A stretch of DNA of 64,000 nt from the human T2T-CHM13v2.0 reference genome, Homo sapiens. Both the position numbers and the translations under genes were made by a program. The notes below the pieces were generated by a model, which worked only from the letters and a program-made list of their open reading frames with translations, was not told where the DNA came from and made no database searches. Shown here one piece after another: positions 16,251 to 26,062 of the stretch (its first letter is position 1; the number at the start of each line of letters is the position of its first letter). The stretch lies in NCBI RefSeq assembly GCF_009914755.1, contig NC_060925.1. One strand, given 5' to 3'.

Positions 16251-16693
16251 ATGAGTGGCCCCTGTGGAGAGAAGCCTGTCCTGGAAGCCAGCCCCACCAT
16301 GAGTCTGTGGGAATTTGAGGACAGCCACAGCCGTCAGGGCACCCCAAGGCCGGGTCAAGAGCTGGCCGCTGAGGAGGCCTCGGCCCTGGAACTGCAGATG
16401 AAGGTGGACTTCTTCCGGAAGCTGGGCTATTCATCCACGGAGATCCACAGCGTCCTGCAGAAGCTGGGCGTCCAGGCAGACACCAACACGGTGCTGGGTG
16501 AGCTGGTGAAACACGGGACAGCCACCGAGCGGGAGCGCCAGACCTCACCGGACCCCTGCCCTCAGCTCCCTCTAGTCCCGCGGGGTGGTGGCACCCCTAA
16601 GGCTCCCAACCTGGAGCCTCCACTCCCAGAAGAGGAAAAGGAGGGCAGCGACCTGAGACCAGTGGTCATCGATGGGAGCAACGTGGCCATGAG
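16251..16693 (+). CDS. ZC3H12A: Regnase-1/MCPIP1, exon 2 coding part (aa 1-148): N-terminal UBA-like domain, MALT1 site LVPR111|G, catalytic D141 in VIDGSN
   Basis: Translation [10 protein letters not shown]...[10 protein letters not shown] matches human Regnase-1; acceptor ttcAG at 16212 with branch point CTAAC 16192-16196; donor AG|GTAAGT. Confidence 0.98.
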
Positions 16694-17299
16694 GTAAGTG
16701 TCACTTCTGTGGCCAGGACACATGAGGTTCGCATCTCTCCTGTGGCCAGGACACATGGAAGGATGACTGTCTCTGCAGCTCTGGTGGGCTGGAAGAAGTG
16801 ACTTCCTTCTTAGGGACTGGTCTAGAGGGAGGGAAAGCCTTTTATGAGGCTAGGGTCGCGCTACTGGTAAGTGACAGAGGCAGGGTTCCAGCCCAGGTCC
16901 CTCTGTCCGCAGAGCTTACCTTATGCTGTGGGTCCCTCCCTGAGGCCAGCACTGTGTCTCCACTCCTCTCCTGTAATGTGAGGCAGGGCTGTAAAGGGGA
17001 CCAGCCCGTGGGCAGCTGCTCACTCACCCCTCGGAACCTGATCTCAGGTGGGTGTTGTGAGGAGGGAGTGTGCGGATCCCGGAGAGGAGCAAGCGTTCAG
17101 GAACCATAGTAGTGGTAGTAGGCAGTGGTAGTAGCAGTTGTTGTTGTTATTTCAGGGGCTGGGCTTCTGAGGCCTTCTTGTCTCAGACCTGGGCTCCCAC
17201 GAAAACAGGTCCAGTGACTGTGTCCAAGAGTGACCTCAAGGCTGGGTCCAGCTTTACATGGGTTGTGGGCAGGTGGCCTGATGCTCTGGCCTCAGGCGA

Positions 17300-18330
17300 G
17301 CTGCAACTTGGATCCCTACTGACTCAGCTGAAGCAGCCTGGGCTGGACCAGTCTCTGGAGGTTCCCCGGGGCCAGAGCCAGGACTCAGCCCCCAGTGACT
17401 CCCACCCCCATCCCCCAGCACAGGAATGGGGTGGGGAGGTAGGGGCAGAGAGGGAAGCCAGGGCTGCTGCTGACCTTGGGAAACCCAGACTTCTCCCGTC
17501 AATCCAGGCTCCACCCTCTGGCCCCACTTTTTTCCCAGTTCCCTCCAAGGCAGGCTGATGAGTCAGTGCTGGGTGGATGGCTCACAGGGAAAAGTTCCTG
17601 TTGGCATGGACGGGGAGACCCCAGACACAGGGTTGAGAAGGGATGATTTTCTGGCTGCCCTGAGGGAGCTCCTAGGTGGGCTGCCCAAGGCTGGCATGAC
17701 ATCAGCCTCTGCCCTCCCTAATTTGTGGCCCCTGTGGGACAAGTTCACTGTCCAGCTGGCCCTGGCCCAGCTCAGCAGGCATGCAGCTGAGTGCTCTTCC
17801 CTCCTTCTGTCACCTTCAGGCCAGTCTTCCTCTCTCTGACTTGGGCTGAGCCTGGATGGGAGGCTGAGAAAATCCAGTTTCCATGCCAAGAGGCAGCAGG
17901 TCACAGCCCATGCTTCGAGATTAGAAGGGGTCCCTCTCAGTGTCCAGCCTCATGTAGCTGGGCTAGGAGCTAGGTTGGATCTGTGTGACTCCTTCCTCTG
18001 GAGGTATGGGCCAGGAGCGGCTGAGCCCTGGGAGCAGCCATATGCAGTATGTGTTTGTATCCAGAAGGAGGAGGGACATGGGAGGAGGGGCTGTGATGAG
18101 GGGTGCTCAGAGGAGCCTGCTCCTGAGAAGCAGAGCCACGCACCCACCTCGGGGGTTTCTGAGCTGGGGTAGTGGCAGGAGGGGAATTCCAGCCTCAAAC
18201 TTCCTGTCTCAGCTGCTACTCGGTTCCTGCCCGGCCACCCCCCCTCCCCAGGGGCAGGCGGGCTAGCCCCCCCATCATATGCAAATCATGGGGAAATTCA
18301 CCTCTGTTTCCTTCTAAGGGAATTTTTTTC
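17300..18330. promoter_or_regulatory. Intron-2 inflammatory enhancer (NF-kB, AP-1, POU octamer, ETS)
   Basis: AP-1 TGACTCA 17320 and TGAGTCA 17559; kB GGGGAATTCC 18181, GGGGAAATTC 18290, GGGAATTTTT 18318, kB-like 17478 and 17587; octamer ATGCAAAT 18279; ETS ACTTCCTG ~18199. Confidence 0.7.
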
Positions 18331-20309
18331 CACTCGCCAGGCCCAGCCCAGGCATATCTTTTCACCTGGGGAGGCTGGCCCAGCCCTGCCTTCTGTCCTG
18401 GGGCAGGAGCAGCCTAGCTGGAGTCTTCTACACACACATCCTATCAGTGTCTGCTTAGCCCGGCTGGGGGACCCTGACCTTACAGGCAAAGAGAACTGGA
18501 ATGGGGGCAGGGATGTCTGGTTTTCCTGTGCCAGCAGCGCTTCCTCCAGTGCAGTGAAAGAGACTAAAGCTAGCTGTAGGGGGGCACTCCAGGCCTCATG
18601 TGCTCTACCAGGAGGAGGGCTCTGATAGCGCCCACTGATCAGTTTTTCCATCTGCTGAGGGAATATTCAGGTGCTAGGGCTGCTGAGAACCGACTTGTCC
18701 CAGCCAAGATTTTCAGTGCCCACAGGCAGTGCACTGCCCTGAGAGCCCTGGCATCCCATTAGTTCCCAGTGCTCCAAGATACTAGCCTAGGATCATGTGC
18801 CCGGAGGGAGGCAGGTGGGCGGATACATGCGCACACTGCATACCTGAGACAAGGAGCCAGGCCTGGGATGACCCAGCTGCCATGGTTTTGAGAGGCAGGC
18901 CAGAAGGCCCAAGGAAGGGGGGTGATGTGATGGGGGAAGCACTGGGCATTGTGAAGACACAGACCAGGGACCTGACCTATTGTGGCAGGTCAGGGAAGGC
19001 TTCTCAGAGGCAGTGACATCTCACAAGGGTTCTGAAGGAAGAGCAGGAGTTTGCCAGCAGCATTGTTTCTCCCGTTCGCCACCTGTCTCTCATAACACAC
19101 TTTGTTCAAACTCAATTTTGGGAGCTTTGTTCTCCCAAATAAATTCTGGATCTTCTGTTAGAGACAGGAAGGCAACCGAGTGGCCCAGACCTGGGTTCGA
19201 GTTCTGACTGTCTCTTACCACTAGCCAGGTGACCTTCCTTTCCTTCACGGTAGCAAGCCCTATAAGAATGAAGCCATATATCTGGCCACCAGCGGGAGCT
19301 CAGTGCCTGCGAATCCCTGCTCATTCCCTGCGATCAGGGTCTGTGCCTGCCTTCGTACCTGCCTGAGCATTGACGTACAGGGTAGTGATAAGCATAGGCC
19401 CTGGGCTTGCGTCTCTCTTCCACCGTTAACTGCTGTGTGACCCTGGTGACTAAGCTGCCTTCTCTGGACCACAGTTTTCATCTGAAAAACAGGGAAGGAG
19501 TTGATGATGGTATAGTGCCCTCCTCACAAGCTTGCTGATGATTCAGTGTTAGACACTTATAACAGGGCCTGGTTCACAGCTCTCAGCAAATGGGAACTTT
19601 TATTATAAGCAGGCTGGCAGATGTGGCAGAGGGACCGGGAAGGATGAGTGCTGCCCTGGGCTGGACTTTGTCTCCCCTACAATTTAGAGACCTTCAGACC
19701 CTGGTGCCCCAGTCTTGCCCCCAAATAGCCTCCATGGCCCCCAGCTGCCCCACCTCCCTCCCTAGCTTCTCTTAGGGCTCCAGCTATCACCCCTTACCTC
19801 CCCCACTCCCATTAAAGACACCCACAGGATGTGGTTGGCCCTGGACTTGCCTCTTTTGCGTAACATTTATTCTGTTTTATTTGCCAAATACGAGAGTCTA
19901 AGCTGTTCACTGAGGGGGCAGTGAGACGTGGGGCTGCTGGTCCTAGGAGCTCTTCCATGACACCTAGTGTTACCTGGGAGCCCCAAGCCCCAGTCCCCCA
20001 TCCCTCAGGAAATCCAGTTGGAACCCCTACTTTGCAGGGCCATCTTTGGCCTGAAGCCACCAGGAAAGCTGTCCCACTGACTGACCCCTCTTAAGGAAGC
20101 TGCAGACTGCTGGGCCCATTTTCAGATAGAGGAACGGAGAGCTGCGGCAGCCCAGGAGCCCTGCCAGGCTTCCTTCTGGGTGCAGCCACCTGTGGGTGGG
20201 GCGCGGCCTCGTCTGAGACCAAGGCAGGGCCCATGCCTTACTCAGCTGTCCTTGCTAAGAGTCCCCTAGCATCTTCCTGATGGTCTTTCTGCCTTGGGGT
20301 GAAGAGGCA

Positions 20310-20790
20310 TTTGGGGGAATTGCCATCTTGGGAGGAAAAGCAGTATCCTTTCACTTTCAGACTGAAAGGCTCCTGGGGAACTTGCTTCACTCCGGCGCTT
20401 TCTGTCCCATGCTGAAGGCTGGAGTCGCCAGCCCCTTCCCCTTTGCCTTTCTCAGGCCCCAGTCCCTGAGGTGTGTGTGAGGACTGAACTTTAATCCGGA
20501 ACAATCTGGTTTCTCCTCGGTCAGCCCAGCCGGTGCTTCCCCCGCCCCCACCCACGCTGCAAGAGGCGAGGGAGGGGTGGTGACTCAGTGTGCATGTGTA
20601 CATCTGTCCCTGTGGTCCCGGCAGCTCGCCGGGTGGGGCAGGAACCAGAAGTCTCGCGGCACCTTTCCCCCACCCCCAGGTGTGTTGCAAGTGGCCTGGC
20701 CCTCCCCCACCGTGGGGAGCAGTGCTGCCAGCTTCCTGGGCGCTTCCTCACTTTCAGGAGATGGAGCCTCAGGGAAAGTCCCAGCGGGGC
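20310..20790. promoter_or_regulatory. Second intron-2 enhancer module
   Basis: GGGAAAGTCCC 20772-20782 (canonical GGGACTTTCC on the - strand), TGACTCA 20581, kB-like GGGAATTGCC 20315. Confidence 0.55.
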
Positions 20791-20983
20791 CTGGCCATCC
20801 TGGAGCTGTGGGAACTGGCACTGGGAATGGAGGCCTTGGCCTTGGGCCCCACCTGCAGAGGGCCAGGGCCTGAGCCCTGGGGAAAGGGGAAGGGGCTGGT
20901 GACTCCAAAGGGGAAGGGACTGCTCACTACCACCACCAAAGCCAGGGCAGGGGTGGGGTGTGACCACCTCCCTCCTCCTGCTC

Positions 20984-21275
<292 letters not shown>

Positions 21276-22354
21276 TAGAACTCAAGCAGGGACCAGCATT
21301 TCTTTTCTCAGTTTTTTCTGTCCTTAGCAACCTGCTCTGAATGGTGGTCATTGGAGGTCACCTTGTCCAGTCTTCTGCCTCAGATCTGGAGCCCCTCCCT
21401 CATCCTACTGGTGGGCAGGTCGCTCTTTCAACATCCCCAGTGGCAGAAGCGCAGTATCACATAGTGGTTAAGCCTGTGGGCTCTGAGTCGAGACAGCCAG
21501 AGTTGGAATCCTGGCTCTGTCCCCTCTTGGCGCCCTGGCCTGGACAGGGACCCCTCTTAGCCCTGCTCTGAGCCACATGCTCCTCATCTGAAACATGGGG
21601 TCGGTGTCAGCAGGGGGTGTTGACAGCATTGCCTTCCTCGTGAGGTCATATAAGTTAACACACGGTAAGTGCTGAGAAGAGTACCTGGCACATGGTAGAT
21701 GCTCAGTGTATGTTAGCTGTTACCACTGTTCTTGCAAGAGCCCCCAGCCTTTGGAGGTAAAAACTGAATCAGTTTCTCTAGAAGTCTTGAGATCTGGGGG
21801 CAGCCTGTCTGGGACTGTAGGCTCCAGGAAGAGGGGCCCTTTCCACTTGCACACTTCTGTGTCCCTGTGGTCCCAGCAGCTCCCCAGGTGGGGCATGGTG
21901 AGTGGCCTGACCTTTTCCCACCATGGGATTTAGCGACCTTGTCCTGGCAATGCAAGGGACAGAGCCAAGATACTTCTCCCACCCCAGAGCAAGCTGCGGC
22001 TCATTCACGGACCCCTCAGAACAGGCTGGATGAAAGCCAAAGCCAAGACCACATCTGGCTTGAACAGGCCTGATGTCCAGAAGGAGAAAAGGAACAAGGC
22101 CAGCTCTGTGCTTGGAGCCTCTGCCATGCAGGCCCTGCCGCCTGTGTTCAGATGTTCTTGGTCTTCAGGCAGCAAACTGTGCCACGCCAAGGGAGGGGCT
22201 GGGGCATGGAAGAGGCCTCAGCAGAGTTAGTTCTTGCCCCGGTGACCTTGGCGTTAACCACTCCTGTGTGTGGCCATCAGCAGGTTAGGGAGCCCTGTAG
22301 GCCTGGCTCTAGGTCCCGCTGGGCCCTGACCTGTGTGCACCCGTCACCTCCCAG

Positions 22355-22589
22355 ACCAGCACATCCTGCGGGAACTGGAGAAGAAGAAGATCCTGGTGTT
22401 CACACCATCACGACGCGTGGGTGGCAAGCGGGTGGTGTGCTATGACGACAGATTCATTGTGAAGCTGGCCTACGAGTCTGACGGGATCGTGGTTTCCAAC
22501 GACACATACCGTGACCTCCAAGGCGAGCGGCAGGAGTGGAAGCGCTTCATCGAGGAGCGGCTGCTCATGTACTCCTTCGTCAATGACAA
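22355..22589 (+). CDS. ZC3H12A: Regnase-1 exon 4 (PIN domain; catalytic CYDD and SND motifs)
   Basis: cccAG|AC acceptor, AA|GTATGT donor, 235 nt, [12 protein letters not shown]...YSFVNDK. Confidence 0.97.
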
Positions 22590-23187
22590 GTATGTTCCCT
22601 CCCAGAGGCCCTGACAGACTTGGGGTCCACAGGGGAAGCCAGAGGTGCCCTTGGCAAGGGTGGAGCTGGGGGCTGGGCTCTGCGGGGCCCTGTGGCCATG
22701 GGAGGTTGCGGGTCTTGGCTCCAGGCAGCTTTGAGAGTGAGACGGATAGCTCACCACATAGGAGAAATCAGACCGGGACCAGGCAGGCTGTGGGGTGGAG
22801 AGAGTGGCTAATTTGGGAGATAGAGCCGTAGCACTTATGAGGGGATGTATGTGGTTGATGGTTCCAGGTGGCCTCTCTACGAACCAACATGGCATCTCTC
22901 GAGCAGAGGCCATGGGCCAGTGGGTGCGGGCTGCCATCCCCCGACGACCTCAGAGAGGGAGTTCCCCTAAAGGTGCCCATGGGCTGTGGCCCTCTAGACC
23001 GGGGATCCCTTTCTCCTCCCTTGGTATGATCCCACCCATAGAGCAGTTTTGCGGGGTCCTGGACAGGCCCCAGTTTTAGGTGTCACTCTCCTATTCTTCC
23101 CAGCAAGGCTTGCCATCGGCCCCTTCTCAGCAATTAGAAGTCCCTGCATGGCTCCCACCTCCAGAGAGTTCTTTGCACCCTCTGCAG

Positions 23188-23294
23188 GTTTATGCCCCCT
23201 GATGACCCACTGGGCCGGCACGGGCCCAGCCTGGACAACTTCCTGCGTAAGAAGCCACTCACTTTGGAGCACAGGAAGCAGCCGTGTCCCTATG
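23188..23294 (+). CDS. ZC3H12A: Regnase-1 exon 5 (end of PIN, first Cys of the CCCH finger)
   Basis: tgcAG|G acceptor, G|GTATGG donor, 107 nt, [13 protein letters not shown]...QPCPY. Confidence 0.97.
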
Positions 23295-23490
23295 GTATGG
23301 AACCCAGCCTGCCCTCCCCGGCCCTCCTCACTCCTGCCCTTCCTCTCACCTGTCTGCCTGTGCCGTGTTTTCCTCTTGGGGACCTCCACCATTGGACCAC
23401 CCAACCCCGTTTCCTGTGCCACCCCTTCCCTGCTCTCATCCCTGGTTCTGAAGTGCCCCTGCTTAGAGTCCCTCTTGATTCCTCTTCCAG

Positions 23491-24365
23491 GAAGGAAATG
23501 CACCTATGGGATCAAGTGCCGATTCTTCCACCCAGAGCGGCCAAGCTGCCCCCAGCGCTCTGTGGCAGATGAGCTCCGTGCCAATGCTCTCCTCTCACCC
23601 CCCAGAGCCCCAAGCAAGGACAAAAATGGCCGGCGGCCTTCACCTTCATCCCAGTCCAGCTCTCTGCTAACAGAGAGTGAGCAGTGCAGCCTGGATGGGA
23701 AGAAGCTGGGGGCCCAGGCATCCCCAGGGTCCCGCCAAGAGGGTCTAACACAGACCTATGCCCCATCAGGCAGGAGCCTCGCACCTAGCGGGGGCAGTGG
23801 CAGCAGCTTTGGGCCCACAGACTGGCTCCCACAGACGCTGGACTCACTCCCGTACGTCTCCCAGGATTGCCTGGACTCGGGCATTGGCTCCCTGGAGAGC
23901 CAGATGTCGGAACTTTGGGGGGTTCGAGGAGGAGGCCCTGGTGAGCCGGGCCCACCCCGAGCCCCTTACACGGGCTACAGTCCCTATGGATCTGAGCTCC
24001 CAGCCACCGCAGCCTTCTCTGCCTTTGGCCGGGCCATGGGTGCTGGCCACTTCAGTGTCCCTGCCGACTACCCACCCGCGCCCCCTGCCTTTCCACCTCG
24101 AGAGTACTGGTCTGAACCATACCCACTGCCCCCACCCACATCAGTCCTTCAGGAGCCCCCAGTGCAGAGCCCAGGGGCTGGCAGGAGCCCGTGGGGCAGG
24201 GCAGGCAGCCTGGCCAAGGAGCAGGCCAGCGTGTATACTAAGCTGTGTGGTGTGTTTCCCCCGCACCTGGTGGAGGCTGTGATGGGGCGCTTCCCACAGC
24301 TCCTGGACCCCCAGCAGCTGGCTGCCGAGATCCTCTCCTACAAGTCCCAGCACCCCAGTGAGTAA
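23491..24365 (+). CDS. ZC3H12A: Regnase-1 exon 6 coding part (CCCH zinc finger, DSGIGS beta-TrCP degron at 23874-23891, Pro-rich region, C-terminal domain)
   Basis: ttccAG|GA acceptor; ends SQHPSE-TAA; coding exons sum 443+140+235+107+875=1800 nt = 599 aa + stop. Confidence 0.98.
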
Positions 24366-24595
24366 GCTGCCTGTGGCTGGCAAGGGCAGCACCCCCAGCC
24401 TCCAAGGGCCGTCAGGCTGGGCTTTGGGCCATTGAGCAGCCCATTCCCAGCCCTGAGGCCCACCCCAGAGGCTGGACAGAGGGAGGATTCAAGTCGGGAA
24501 GGAAACCCACAAACCAAAGATACTGTAGGATTGGTTCTGGCCCATGCAGCACCTCTAGCTGTCTGCCTCAGTGGGTCAGAAGCGATCACCCTGTT

Positions 24596-24610
24596 GATAC
24601 ACATTGTATC
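24596..24610 (+). promoter_or_regulatory. 3'UTR stem-loop (CDE-like Regnase-1/Roquin element)
   Basis: Perfect GATACA-CAT-TGTATC 6-bp stem with a pyrimidine-purine-pyrimidine triloop. Confidence 0.75.
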
Positions 24611-25100
24611 TCTGTAGTTTAAGGAGACGCTGCCGGTAACGGCGTCGGTCCGTGGCTGAGGCCCAAACCGTCTTTTCTCTCAGAGGGTGGGGAGGGAGGT
24701 GGGGGCAGCAGAGGCCTGGGCTGGGTGCCCTGTGCACGCCACCCCACTTCCGCCCTACCCCTGGGACGTTGGCCTTGGCTGGCTAGTTGGGCACCGTGTG
24801 CCTGCCCTCCAAGGGCCTCCTCTACGCCAATGAGGCCTCATCTGTGCTCTCGCTGGGCACGTGGCTTCATGTCAGTAAGCAAGATGCTTCTTAATAACCC
24901 ACCTTCTGCCCCACTCTATTCCTTATCCTGCTGCCCCTGTAGGGGTCAAGGGCCCTCCGTCTACACCCTCTTCTTCTCCTCCATCCTTTATTCAGAGTCA
25001 TCTCGCCCTTCCCCATGGGTGGGGGAACCTGTGTTTGTTTGTGTGCACATGTAAATTTTAAATATTTTAAGCAGAAAGTCCTTACCTCCTGTAACACATC

Positions 25101-25106
25101 AATAAA
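25101..25106 (+). terminator. ZC3H12A: ZC3H12A polyadenylation signal
   Basis: AATAAA with upstream TGTA (25090) and downstream GU/U-rich tract (~25137-25150). Confidence 0.9.
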
Positions 25107-25765
25107 GTACAATCATTGTGAGCCCTTTCAAGAGGTGATTGTCTTTGTTATGCTCAGGGCTTTGGGCTGGCCTCTGGGTGAGGAAAGGCCAGCAGGTATG
25201 CACCCCGACCTCCTTCACCCCAGGAGGAAGCCCCTCCACACCAGCTCCCTGACCCTTCTCTGGAAGGAAGATTTCTAACAAACATTCACCAGGAATGCAT
25301 AGCTCCTTGGGGATGGGGCATCTTTCCCGAGGCCTTGGTCTGGGCCTTGTTAGGAGGTGCCCATGGACGCACGAGCGGGCAGGGGGCTGGAGGGGGCAGT
25401 TAGGCAGCAAAAGTGTAAAAGGATTTGGAGTCCAGTTTTATCTGCAAAAAGAAATCTTACTTACAATATACTTGGGCTTCTGTTTGTTTTTGTGGGACAG
25501 GAAGCTAAAATACCAGACTGTCCAGTTCATTATCAGCCACTTGGCAATGCTGAATGACTTGCCCAAGGTCCCGCAGAGGAAGGACAGACTGGGGCAGGGC
25601 CTTGAGTCCTGGTTCTGGTCCCCAAACCAGGGGGGCAGGAGGGGTGGGCCTGGACACTAGTTTGCAGCAACTCAGGGCCCTGCAGGGATGGGGGAGGTGA
25701 AGGTACCCTCAGCCCCACACCTCACAACTCTCCTAGGTTTCAACATCCACATAGGAATCCTTCCA

Positions 25766-26062
25766 GGCCAGGCATGCTGGCTCACGCCTGTAATCCCAAC
25801 ACTTGGAAGGCCAAGGTGGGCAGATTGCTTGAGCTCAGGAGTTCGAGACCAGCCTGGCCAACATAGGGAAAGCCTATCTCTACAAAAAATACAAAATTGG
25901 CTGGGTGTGGTGGCATACACCTGTACCTGTAGTCCCAGCTACTTGGGCTACGGTAGGAGGATCACCTGAACCTCAGGAGGTGGAGACTGCAGTGAGCCAT
26001 GATTGCACCATTGTGCTCCAGCCTGGGTGACAAAGTGAGACCCTGTCTCAAAAAAAAAAAAA
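25766..26062 (+). repeat. Alu
   Basis: Dimeric Alu with A tail and GGAATCC TSD remnant. Confidence 0.92.

Noticed and set aside
22590-22614. Intron-4 read-through isoform ending YVPSQRP
   Set aside because: Premature stop upstream of a later junction (NMD target); no intronic poly(A) signal seen
23049-23490. N-terminal part of the 438-aa ORF as a real single-exon gene
   Set aside because: Begins at a non-ATG codon in intron 4 and reads exon 5 out of frame; only 23491-24365 is true CDS
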